Assembly (NCBI GenBank): GCA_030141605.1
Contig: JAQGDQ010001686.1
Coordinates: forward strand, 1 to 29,453
Origin: Tubiluchus corallicola
Lineage: Eukaryota > Animalia > Priapulida
DNA length: 29,453 nucleotides
Reading direction: 5' to 3'
This document shows positions 11,461 through 22,539 of this stretch, in pieces; position 1 is the first letter of the stretch; each line of letters begins with the position of its first letter. Both the position numbers and the translations under genes were made by a program. Below the pieces are notes generated by a model. The model was given only the letters and a program-made list of their open reading frames with translations, did no database searches and had not been told where the DNA came from.

Positions 11461-12523
11461 TAGTCAAAGCTGTGTTGCACACGTATGTACACTGGCATTG
11501 CAGTCCTGAGATGTTACATCAAGTGATGAACCCTCCTGTACTTATTTTACTGCAAGCAAAATTGACTGACTTTTCTGAATCTCCTTGACTTGTGACATGT
11601 AGCTTTACAACTGGACATGTACGGTCAGTTTAATATGAAACGTTTTTTCATTTTTAGTTTGACGAAGTCACAAAAACAGATGATTTTTAAAGTACATTTT
11701 GTTGAATTTTAATATATTGCAAAGTAGCTCATACTTGATGACATGCTCTAAAAGTGCCCTGCAGTCCACATTGTACATATTTCTTATTGATATACATTCT
11801 TGTCCATCCAGTATACAAAATACACGCTAGTATCGTTAGTATCTGTTGGAATCAGTGTTAAAGCACAAGAAAACCCTAAACTTGCGTAAAGCTTAAAAAA
11901 TTCTCCTTGAAGCTGTATACCACTTACTGCCTTTTTGCATACAGGGCTTGTGTCGGCAGTGACGCTGTATAAAACCTGTAAATTTAAGCTCCCGCGATGA
12001 CCGTTAGATGCTGCCATTTTGACGATAGGTCATTTGAAATAAGTTTAGATAACACTGAGTAAGGTTTGTAAAAATAATCAGAGCATTCGTAGCGCACACG
12101 TCACAAACTAAGTAAAATTTTAAATTACTGTATCTTGTAAATAATATTAAAAATACATTTTTTGATTAGTGATTGGCGCACCCCGCAAGGTGAGTCAACG
12201 ACAATTTACCAATTAATTAAAACATTTTAAATAATTAATAATTATCTAAGTTTTTCCAGCAGTTAATCGAAATGCTAAGTAATATAATTTTGCATGGAAA
12301 GTTTTTTGAGCCATAATTTAACATTTCCTTTTCTTCCTCTGATTTACATTGTGACGTCATGTAATGGCGCTGTCGGAACAGTATTGCGGGAGATTTAAAA
12401 TGAAAACAAATGAGAAATCTTTTCAACACGAGTATGATATGTGCGTAAAATTGCTATAAAATAATATAATTTTTTAAGGCCAATTTTCTGATTCCGGTAC
12501 CCCTTTTCTTGTCCTTTAAACTT

Positions 12524-13013
12524 CAGGGATGAGAATTTTCCGCGGATACGCGGAATTCCGAGTTTTTGGAAGACCAGTAGTGCCATTTTTGTAAATCGCG
12601 TAAATTCGTTGAGAAAATTTTTACGGACCCAGTACATTATTTCACAAGCTGACCGCTAGTTGGCAGGCCGTCACTTTGTTTACATCACGTACATCAGTGT
12701 AACCACGTGTATATCTCTATGTATAAAAATATAGAATCAATTGTGCGGAGTTATTTGAGTCAATTGCAGACAGTTTTTAGGAGCGGCCCAGTACTTAGGC
12801 GTTTTTGAGACAATTAGGTATCATGTATCCTTGATAGTTGGGTATTTTAAATTATGCATGAAACAAGGTAACTGATATTTTAAGTCCACTTAGAGGCTGG
12901 TCACAAAATTGCAATTTGTTGCTTCGCCCCCTTGAACCCCCATGGGGGCCTACGCGGCCCCCAAACTCCCGGCCTGTTTCAAAGTTTTTTGCAATTTGTC
13001 ATTCTCATCCCTG
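12524..13013. mobile_element. hAT-like MITE (490 bp)
   Basis: Perfect 13-bp TIR CAGGGATGAGAAT / ATTCTCATCCCTG and GC-rich subterminal motifs. No clean 8-bp TSD. It ends ~35 nt before the last FGFR1OP2 acceptor. Confidence 0.75.
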
Positions 13014-13048
13014 GTACTTACAAACTTTAAACTCTTTTATTCTTGTAG

Positions 13049-13489
13049 GATATAGAAAAAAAGAACGATGAAATTTGTCATATGGTGGATGTAATGAACC
13101 AGGCAGTAGTGCTCGATGATTTGTCTATCCCCAGTGAGATTGAGATTATAACTCAGCTGCGCACGGAAAACAAAGGTTTGCGTGAGATGCTGGAAGTGTG
13201 TAACACTCGTCAACAAGGTATTCTTCACTCCGTTAAGCAAGTGCAAACTGATCCGATCGATATGGACACAAGCACGACTAGTGACGGGTCGGTGGGCGAC
13301 ACGGTACTGGAACGCAGCGACATACGCTTGCAGGATTGTGATACGTCGTACAGCAGCCTCGGCGAGGACGCCGATAGTGTGATCACGGTGAGCAAAGACG
13401 CGTCGCCGTTGTCAGAGAAAGAGAGTATGAATGTCATCATTGAGACAGCGGAAAAGACTGATGCAAGCAAAGATGCTGTCGTGTCATAA
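13049..13489 (+). CDS. FGFR1OP2: FGFR1OP2-family last coding exon (DIEKKNDEICHMVDVMNQAV...ENKGLREML...AVVS*)
   Basis: Acceptor TTCTTGTAG| at 13048, in frame with ORF 13082-13489. Conserved ENKGLRE motif followed by an acidic Ser/Thr-rich tail. Confidence 0.9.
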   Translation, partial: DIEKKNDEICHMVDVMNQAVVLDDLSIPSEIEIITQLRTENKGLREMLEVCNTRQQGILHSVKQVQTDPIDMDTSTTSDGSVGDTVLERSDIRLQDCDTSYSSLGEDADSVITVSKDASPLSEKESMNVIIETAEKTDASKDAVVS

Positions 13490-13597
13490 TTATTTATTAT
13501 TTATCAATTTTGTACAAATAATTAAATAGCTTTAAGAAATTAGTGCAGCATACAAGTGGGATAACAATGTAGATAACACTGAGGTAAGAATGTACTG

Positions 13598-14632
13598 AAG
13601 TATGAGTTATGCACAGCTTTGTAAGTTTAAAACTAATTTCAACAGATGGCGACACTGACGTTTGCTTTATGTAAATAATGCTAGTATATGTAATAGTATG
13701 CACCTGTTTGTATCAACAATGTGAGCTATGCACAATGGCTTTGTAAGTTTAAAACTAACTTCAACAGATGGCGACACTGGTCTTTGCTTTATGTAAATAA
13801 TGCTAGTATATGTAATAGTATGCACCTGTTTGTATCAACAGTGTGAGCTATGCACAATGGCTTTGTAAGTTTAAAACTAACTTCAACAGATGGCGACACT
13901 GGTGTTTGCTTTATGTAAATAATGCTAGTATACGTAATAGTACGCACCTGTTCGTAACAAAAGTATGAGCTATGCACAGCTTTGTAAGTTTAAAATTAAC
14001 TTCAACAGATGGCGACACTGGTGTTTGCTTTATGTAAATAATGCTAGTATACGTAATAGTACGCACCTGTTCGTAACAAAAGTATGAGCTATGCACAGCT
14101 TTGTAAGTTTAAAATTAACTTCAACAGATGGCGACACTGGTGTTTGCTTTACGTAAGTAATGCTAGTATATGTAATAGTATTCACCTGTTCGTAACAAAA
14201 GTGTGAGCTATGCACAGCTTTGTAAGTTTAAAACTAACTTCAACAGGTGTCGACACTGACGTTTGCTTTATGTAAATAATGCTAGTGTATGTAATAGTAT
14301 GCACCTGTTTGTAACAAAAGTATGAGTTATGCACAGCTTTGTAAGTTTAAAACTGACTTCAACAGATGGCAACACTGGCGTTTGCTTTATGTAAATAATG
14401 CTAGTATATGTAATAGTATTCACCTGTTCGTATCAAAAGTGTGAGTTATGCACAGCTTTGTAAGTTTAAAACTAACTTCAACAGATGGCAACACTGGCAT
14501 TTGCTTTATGTAAATAATGCTAGTATATGTAATAGTATGCACCTGTTCGTAACAAAAGTGTGAGTTATGCACAGCTTTGTAAGTTTAAAACTAACTTCAA
14601 CAGGGGGCGACACTGGTGTTTGCTTTATGTAA
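13598..14632. repeat. 119-122-bp tandem array, ~9 copies, just 3' of the FGFR1OP2 stop
   Basis: The CAACAGATGGCGACACTG core recurs at ~13640, 13762, 13884, 14003, 14122, 14241, 14360, 14479 and 14598. The first two periods are 122 bp, then 119 bp. Confidence 0.96.
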
Positions 14633-14731
14633 TGATACGCACCTGTTGAAAGGAAATAGAGTAGCACCTGTTGACAGGAAATAGAAACATTACAAGCTGG
14701 TACTGTAGTACAATAGCTGATATTACAGCAT

Positions 14732-15400
14732 ATTGCGATTGCGATTGCGATACTCGACTCTCTCCACCTATCAGAGGCGGGCACCTTTATAGGGTGCAAA
14801 GTCTATTCTTCTATAACGCGGATCTTTTAGTTGTCTTTTCCAAGTTTAATGTCTTTGTTTGTCTTTATCCTGTATTCCATGCATTCGTTCACTAGATTTC
14901 TAATTTCTAGCAATCCTTCCTTTTCACTGTTCATTAATATATCTGAGTTCAAAATTTTTTTCCATTCTCCATATCTGTCACATTTAAGCATATGTTCAGT
15001 AGTGTCATCATCTTCCTCACACACTGGGCATAATAACTAATCCTTAAACTCATTCTTGTAGTTCCCTTTAACTTTAAATCATATTCAGTCTTATTTTCAA
15101 TATATCTTCAACCTCTTCTGTCTTACATGTGTCTATGTAATTTTGTCGTTTCCACTCGGTATGCCTTAAAAATCTTAATTTAGTGCTGCTCCTGCATTTT
15201 TCTGCACATTCATTCTTTATACAACATTCAATTTTATTCTTTATTTCTTTCTTCCATTCAGACTTTTTCATGACCTTCACCCTTTCTTTATTAGCATCTA
15301 TGGTATATTTTTTGCAGCCTCAACTACTTCATTGTACCATGACCTTTCATGTACACTGTTTATTTGCATATTGTTCAAAGCAGTGTTAATCTCTTATTCA
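14732..15400 (-). mobile_element. 5'-truncated non-LTR retrotransposon 3' end (ORF2 C-terminus with Cys/His knuckle, 3' hairpin, repeat tail)
   Basis: The reverse strand reads KLRFL...ILKIRLNM...KGNY...CPVCEEDDDTTEHMLKC with stops. Hairpin GCACC-7nt-GGTGC at 14781-14797 and an (ATCGCA)3 tail at 14732-14751. Confidence 0.78.
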
Positions 15401-16434
15401 ACTTAATCCCCCATTACTCTGTAGGCATTTCTAAATTATTTCTTGAGAAGAAACTTGGGAAGATTCCAGGCAGTCAATTAAATGTTCGTTGTCATACATG
15501 TCGTAGTTACTAAATAATCTGTAGTTTGTTAACGTAATTCACAAACGTTATAAGGAAAGTGTAAAATTAACACTTTTTGTTAAAAGGTATTATCTAATGT
15601 TTTTTTAGAAAAGTGTGGAATAAATCTCTTTTAACGTGATAACTTCAAGAATTTATCTAAGCTTTCTGTATGACAGCAACAATATACAGATTGTATATAA
15701 TGGTTGAAATGAATGTATTTTTAAATCCATTTTTCTTAGGTGTTCAATAAAATCATTGTAGCTAGCCATTCATGTCCAACCTGGTTGTACATTAACTTTC
15801 ACATATTAGCCAGTAAGAATCCATCCAGTCATTTACAACACTAATTAATTGTTAGCTGTTTTCGTCGTTAAAAAAACGTGTTCAGAAAAGCATCTTTGAA
15901 CCATTTTTTCTAATTTTCTAGTCCCGTTTCTTTCATGTACAGTTTGCTTTGGGTGAAAAACATCCGACCCACGCAAATTGATGAACTAGAACAGTTCAAT
16001 GGAACACTGTAGTTTTATATCAATAAGTAAACAGGGTTATTACAGTTATTATTTGATATTTTATTTTTTATTAAACTGTACATGGATACATCATTGACTT
16101 TATAACATTATATACAGCATGCCCATTACTTATTACTACGGCGTAGTCCGTTAAACACCAGCCACTTACATGTGGGCTTACAATTTTGATAAAAGTTAAT
16201 TACAATACTACATCAGTTTTAGACCTTCACTGCAATTCCCCAACAAACACCAAAAATTAAAAAAAGTTACACTTTTACGTAAAATTCTAATTTTTTGTGT
16301 CTAAAATCTTCAACAAAGGTTTATGTACACTGCTGTTACATGAGACAGCAATATATTAAAGCAATATGTGCAGAATATCTCTTACTCGCGCAAACAATAA
16401 AGTTTAATAGATACTTATTGTAAGATACAAACAT

Positions 16435-16628
16435 ATACCCGTAATAGGACAAAGTTGGATTGTACTACAGTAAGAAATGGGGGGGGGGGTGTAACAATAC
16501 AAGTACAGCAAAGTACCCGTAATATGACAAAGTTGGATAGTACTACAGTAAGAAATGGGGGGATGTAACGATACATGAACAGCAACTACAGTAAGAAATG
16601 GGGGGGATGTAACGATACATGAACAGCA
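16435..16628. repeat. Irregular local tandem duplication with G-runs
   Basis: ACTACAGTAAGAAATGGGGGGG..TGTAAC.ATAC occurs three times and TACCCGTAATA.GACAAAGTTGGAT twice. Confidence 0.75.
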
Positions 16629-17843
16629 AACTATGGTAGATGGTATAATATGCATAAGAATCAGTCACATTGTAAAAAATTTTGACTACCTAATAAATAT
16701 ACTGATTTCACATCTGCTGTCCTATTTTTTATTCACATGTATCATAAATAAACATTTGTATTTCTGTATAACACCCATCATGCCAGAATGCATCCAGATT
16801 TTGTTATAACACTCACACAAACATTGGTTTATCTTTTTAGATGCTGATTGTGCAGAAGTAATTGTAAATGATTCACAGCAAAATAGTTCGTTTACTATGA
16901 TAACAACTATGTTTACGTATTTCATCATAATATTGTATTGTACTATACAAATTTTCATAAGCATAATTTATTGTTACACCCCACTAAAGGTGTCCCAGGA
17001 AAAACTGTGTATGCCTTATGGACGTACTAATTCATTTGTTTTGCTGCTTAAGCTAGTAAGAATTGTGACAATGGCTGGGCAGCCTCCAGCTATCCCAGGA
17101 TTCAACAGTCTACATTATAATAACCAGTAAATCGAATGCAGGGAGAAATTCACTAACACTAAAAGATGTCACAACAGAAGTGAGTTTAGCATATTCCATA
17201 CCTAAACAGGTTTCAAGGCTTAACCTACCTAGCAAGATCTTATTTGGGTTTTCTGCTATAACTTGCCCCACCAAAGCTGACTAGAATGTTCTTACTGGCA
17301 ATGCGCACAGCCCAAGCCAGGTGATGTCCAGTTTATATTGCACAGTAATAAAAATAAAACAGGCTATGCAGATCCTAGTTATAAAGGAAATTCTGTAATA
17401 TATCTGAGTTTTGACAACGTGGTGAGTATTGCTATGGAATTCTAGTCAACTTGTGATGATGTTGTTGTTTTACGCATTTTGTTATTATAGTAGAAGTGCC
17501 AAATAATCTCTTGGTTGTTGTGATGTCATTTGGAAGATCCAGCTAAGTCTTGAAACCATTTTAGGTATTTCAATTGCACTTGCCTATCTGCACTAATGCA
17601 ACTGCGACAAAAGTCACTCGTTAACTGAACACTCGTCATTAATGGAATTCAGTCGTTCGTTTAAAAACAGTGTGCTTAATGTTCATATTCTTCAAGTAAC
17701 AACAAAATACCGCACGTTACACGGAACAGTACATGTAATTGTGAAAAATATAAATTTATGATTATCACTTCAAAAATTGCTAAATACTCAGAACAGAATC
17801 TCCTTTGAAGTACAAATAACTGCTAAATAACAGCAAATGACTA

Positions 17844-18330
17844 CAGTCAACCTCGGGTATAAGGTACCCCCTTTTTTTAGAGACCACCAACACCGGTCCC
17901 GATCTTTCGTAACGTTTTTCCTACATAAAAATCTTCGTATATAAGGTACTCGGATATAAGGGTCTTTCGGTTATAAGGGACGATATCTTCAGGTCCAGCG
18001 TAATAGAAACCCAGGTAAATTACCTCGCATATAAGGGACCCTATGATCAAAGCAAAATTGATCGATTTTTAACCTCAATTTTTCACAAACTCGGCCTTCG
18101 AACAGCTCGGTTTCCGCGGTCACATACGTCTCGCATCATTGAAAGAGCTTCCCATATATACTGTTTGCACTGAATGTATATCAATAATCCATAAAAATAT
18201 GGGTAAAAGTACAGAAAAGTACAGGTCTAGATACACCCTCGGTCTGACTCAACTTCAGCTACAAGGGACAACGCATATAAGGGATGGTTTTTTTCGGTCC
18301 GAAGGTGTCGCTTATATCCGAGGTTGACTG
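17844..18330. mobile_element. pogo/Tigger-like MITE copy 2 (487 bp), inverted relative to copy 1, 75 nt after the lipase stop
   Basis: TA|CAGTCAACCTCGG ... CCGAGGTTGACTG|TA. The body is the reverse complement of 10728-11199 with scattered differences. Confidence 0.92.
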
Positions 18331-18405
18331 TATGGACGTGTAGATGAAAATCATGATATTTGTGCAACTAAGTAAACTAACATAAACTAAACTGTCTTAT
18401 CTACT

Positions 18406-19098
18406 CTATGGTGGATCAGTTTTGGTAAATATATCACTAGCAACAGTTGCATATGAAGAGAAGCTTTCCACAGAACCTTTTGATTGCATTCTAATCTCTG
18501 ATGGTACAGTTACGAACGATTCCGAGCTGACAGAGTTAGCTGCTCCGAAATCTTGATAATCCGTATCGATAACGTCAAAAGAACTACTGCTCACTTCAGA
18601 GCTGTATGTTCCAGATACAGAGCGCGTCGATTCTCGACCGGCTGCCAGATTAGCCAATCGTGTGTAGCTGCTGCGTGGTGTAATTCCTCCTCGAGAGTAA
18701 CTACTTGCCCGGGATCTTGGTCTGTTACTCACACTCCCTGTACGCGACCGACAGTACCACTCGCACTTGTTAACATTAGACTTGCTAAAACGACGGCCGT
18801 CGTCATGACGACTAGACCTTCTCGATCGAGGCGCTTCTTCTCCGCCGATTTCAAAGTTCACCAGGGTTTCATTAGGCGCGTGATTGTACAGTTCGGTCGG
18901 ATTAACGGGCAGCTCAACGTTGCTCACGTCAAAGATTTCCGTCACTTTGATTCGCTCATTTTCGTCCAGGTAGTAATACGCCATGAGAGAGTCGTGTGTT
19001 CGTGCCACGTCAACGAAGTTTTCGTACGTATCAGATGACATGGCGTCTAGCTGTTCCCGCTGCCTCGTTAATCCCTCTTCCTCAAGCTGGAGTGCTGC
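18406..19098 (-). CDS. PNPLA2: PNPLA2/brummer-like last coding exon (AALQLEEEG...DTYENFVDVARTHDSLMAYYYLDENERIKVTEIFDV...TDPP*)
   Basis: Acceptor CTATAG| at 19099-19100, in frame with ORF 18406-19041. AYYYLD...KVTEIFDV resembles the C-terminal block recalled from invertebrate brummer proteins. Confidence 0.87.
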   Translation of the reverse strand, partial: AALQLEEEGLTRQREQLDAMSSDTYENFVDVARTHDSLMAYYYLDENERIKVTEIFDVSNVELPVNPTELYNHAPNETLVNFEIGGEEAPRSRRSSRHDDGRRFSKSNVNKCEWYCRSRTGSVSNRPRSRASSYSRGGITPRSSYTRLANLAAGRESTRSVSGTYSSEVSSSSFDVIDTDYQDFGAANSVSSESFVTVPSEIRMQSKGSVESFSSYATVASDIFTKTDPP

Positions 19099-19305
19099 CT
19101 ATAGCAAAGATTAAACGTGCAATTAGATATCCATGAACTTAATTACAAGATTACAATTAAGATGACATAAATTCACAGACATTAGATGTTCGGAACCAAA
19201 CATTCCCCCAAAGAAAAGTCGGGACTGTGCCCGGATTTGAAAGAAAGGATTACAAGTTCAATGCCATAACCACTAGTCAGCAGGATCACTGATCCGGGTT
19301 CCGAC

Positions 19306-19510
19306 CCCAACCTCATGCCCAGTCCCAACCTCATTCCCAGTCACAACCTCATTCCCAGTCCCAACCTCATGCCCAGTCCCAACCTCATTCCCAGTCCAAA
19401 CCTCATTCCCAGTCCCAACCTCATTCCCAGTCCCAACCGCATTCCCAGTCCCAATCTCCTGCTCAGTCCCGACCTCGTTCCCAGTCCCAACCTCATTCCC
19501 AGTCCCAACC
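19306..19510. repeat. 18-bp minisatellite, ~11 copies (CCCAACCTCATTCCCAGT)
   Basis: Directly visible. Produces the (PSPNLI)n ORF. Confidence 0.95.
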
Positions 19511-19717
19511 TTTTCACATTCCCTTCTTTCCTGGAAAGTTCAGTTCTGTTTAAATAAATTCAGTAACAGGGGGTGCATTCCGTCGTTACCCATTCCCACA
19601 ATTTTCACAAAGTTAACCCTCAGCCGCCAGAAATGGAGTGTAAAAACACCCCAAGCGCATATATTTAGTTACATTATTTACCAGGAAGTCGTCAGCACCT
19701 GTTCGCTTTTGTGCGTA

Positions 19718-19990
19718 AATGATTATCACTCTAAGCAGAATGATTATCACTCTAAGCAGAATGATTATCACTCTAAGCAGAATGATTGTCATTATAAGCA
19801 GAATGATTGTCACTCTAAGCAGAATGATTATCACTCTAAGCAGAATGATTGTCATTATAAGCAGAATGATTATCACTCTAAGCAGAATGATTGTCATAAT
19901 ACGCAGAATGATTGTCATTATAAGCAGAATGATTGTCATTATAAGCAGAATGATTATCACTCTAAGCAGAATGATTGTCATTATAAGCAG
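19718..19990. repeat. 21-bp minisatellite, 13 copies (AATGATTATCACTCTAAGCAG / AATGATTGTCATTATAAGCAG)
   Basis: Directly visible, with two interleaved main variants. Confidence 0.95.
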
Positions 19991-20786
19991 ATGTCATTTG
20001 ACCTCTTATATGTCAATTACTTTCATTACAATATTAATTACGATTCAGTGTCGTGTGTTTTTAAACCTCACCGGGTATCCGAGTCATATTGACCTTCCTC
20101 GTTATTTGATACAGGCAAAAATTAGAAAGTAAACAAATTCTCCTTGTTTTTATAGTACGTCTTAATAGGCGTTGAAATTTACTATTGTTGTGGAAAAATG
20201 GCCTATGTTACACATTGAAGGCCTAATTAAAGAATTAAAATGATGCGCTAAATAATAACATACAATTTTATTCTTATAATTTTTGCAGTGTAAACTCAAT
20301 ACAGCAAGACGCCAATAAAACAAAAACTCGAAGATATGACGCAGATTTCGTGGCCAACGGAAGCCATACAGTAATGTTTCTTAGATACTGAGATAAGATA
20401 CTGAACGCGCTTTTGCCTGCATCCTCTTCTAATTTATTACCCAGGTCCAGTACTGCCTAACTGCACAGCTAAATATATACACTGTACTCACCTTCACCCA
20501 AACACCATAACAGCTGTACGTAAAGTGCAATAAGTGGAATGTGTAAGATTCTGTTAATAAACTCTCTTCATTAATTAATACACAAACTGGCTTCAAACTA
20601 ATGAATTCCTAGTACATCTATATGAAAATATAACAAAAACGTTTCAGACGGGCAAAACATATACTATTATACATTACACGTAATATATATACAAACGTAT
20701 ATATATTACTATACGCAGGATAAACAGTAAGTCTAGTCAATTAAAACAAAGAATTTTGTCATATTTCGTAGTTGGTTCTTTCTTAC

Positions 20787-20985
20787 TTGAACAACTTGGT
20801 CGGATTCGATAGCCATCGATCGGCTGGACAGATTACGCAACACGAAGCCGGCATTACGGACAGTGTCAGCTTCCAGGTCAACAGAAATACCAAAGCTCAT
20901 GTTTCGTGGAACTGCAGGTTGATTAACTGTCATCCTCTCCTCGTCTTCTTGATGGAACTCTGTCAGTGCAAATTGACACGTCAAC
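20787..20985 (-). CDS. PNPLA2: PNPLA2/brummer-like exon (LTCQFALTEFHQEDEERM...ESDQVVQ)
   Basis: Acceptor TATTTTAG|, donor CAA|GTAAGA, 199 nt, phase 2/0. Lies inside ORF 20733-21002. Confidence 0.82.
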
Positions 20986-20994
20986 CTAAAATAA

Positions 20995-21580
20995 GGAATC
21001 ATAATGAACAGACAATAATGGAATCATAATGAACAGATAATAATGGAATCATAATGAACAGATAATAATGGAATCATAGTGAACAGACAATAATGGAATC
21101 ATAATGAACAGACAATAATGGAATCATAATGAACAGACAATAATGGAATCATGATGAACAGACAATACTGGAATCATAATGAACAGACAATAATGGAATC
21201 ATAATGAACAGACAATAATGGAATCATGATGAACAGACAATAATGGAATCATGATGAACAGACAATAATGGAATCATGATGAACAGACAATAATGGAATC
21301 ATGATGAACAGACAATAATGGAATCATAATGAACAGACAATAATGGAATCATAATGAACAGATAATAATGGACTCACAATGAACAGACAGTACTGGAATC
21401 ATGATGAACAGACAATGGAATCATAATGAACAGACAATAATGGAATCATGATGAACAGACAATAATGGAATCATAATGAACAGACAATAATGGAATCATA
21501 ATGAACAGACAATAATGGAATCATAAGGAACAGACAATAGTGGAATCATAATGAACAGACAATAATGGAATCATAATGAA
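20995..21580. repeat. 25-bp minisatellite, ~23 copies (GGAATCATAATGAACAGACAATAAT)
   Basis: Directly visible. Ends 9 nt from the lipase exon boundary at 20985. Confidence 0.96.
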
Positions 21581-22035
21581 TACAAGATGCATATAACACT
21601 CTGTCAAACATCCAGACATACACAAGCCACAAACTTCACTACATCTCAGTGAAACGCAAGGACAAGACAGTTAGCATATTTTTACACAAATCAATATCTG
21701 AATTTAACAAATGCAAATTCCTGTTCTCAGTTTTACTAATACTAAACACATATCAAGACTCACTATCTACAAATTATTTCCAATTGAGAAAAGCTCGAAT
21801 TAATCACCAACAACATTTAAAATTTAGACACAAGAGCTATATAGAGGGTTGACACAACTGATACCATCCTACAGTACTTCTACTTAACCTTATTTCCAGT
21901 TGTAACATGTTCAGCAGCTAGGAAAATGTCAATTAAACATACCTAGTCTCAAAATAAGCAACTAAAATTCACGCATCTATGACACACACAAAATTAGTCT
22001 TACAAACATTTAAAAATGGGGAAAAGAGGGAAGAT

Positions 22036-22188
22036 TAGCTTGCCAGTCACTTTGCCTCATTTTAGCACTCTCACTGAAGCTAGTCATGGTCAGTGCAGAA
22101 ATTGGTCTTGTAAAAAAGCCAAACATCTAGCTTGACGGTCACTTTGCCTCATTTTAGCACTCTACAAGTGAAGCTAGTGATGGTCAGT
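22036..22188. repeat. Two ~60-bp direct repeats
   Basis: TAGCTTG...GTCACTTTGCCTCATTTTAGCACTCT...TGAAGCTAGT.ATGGTCAGT at ~22036 and ~22128. Confidence 0.8.
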
Positions 22189-22322
22189 TCATTACAGCTT
22201 GCTCTATTGATCAAAGAACAGAAAGCAGTAGCATTGGCCTCTTACAAAATGCAATTATATTCCCAAGAAAAATAAAAGAAACATTTCCGTAATCATGATA
22301 TAAAAATAAGAAAATCAGACAC

Positions 22323-22442
22323 CTGGCACTGTAAGTGTGTCGACCCTTGTTGATACGGTGTATCAGTTGACCAATGAGATTGACCAGCTGACCAACAAAC
22401 CAAACAAAATCTGCTTTCAGGTATGGAATATATTCTATGAAT
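22323..22442 (-). CDS. PNPLA2: PNPLA2/brummer-like exon (FIEYIPYLKADFVWFVGQLVNLIGQLIHRINKGRHTYSAR)
   Basis: Acceptor CTTTTCAG|, donor CAG|GTGTCT, 120 nt, phase 2/2. Resembles the ATGL LLEWLPDVPEDIRW. Confidence 0.85.
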
Positions 22443-22539
22443 CTGAAAAGATATAAAAAGTATTGATTAGAAAACAAATTATTAGAGTTACAACTTTGAA
22501 TAATAAAGAGAAGCGATTAAAGCGCCATGAATTTTTTCC

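Noticed and set aside
13497-14799. Family of small paralogous ORFs (YTSIIYIKQTPVSPSVE)
   Set aside because: Translations of the 119-bp array, with the frame shifting from unit to unit.
18553-19038. 161-aa plus-strand ORF
   Set aside because: Antisense shadow of the GC-richer last lipase exon.
19315-20132. (PSPNLI)n, (QNDYHSK)n and (MIITLSR)n proteins
   Set aside because: Translations of the 18- and 21-bp minisatellites, whose unit lengths are multiples of 3.
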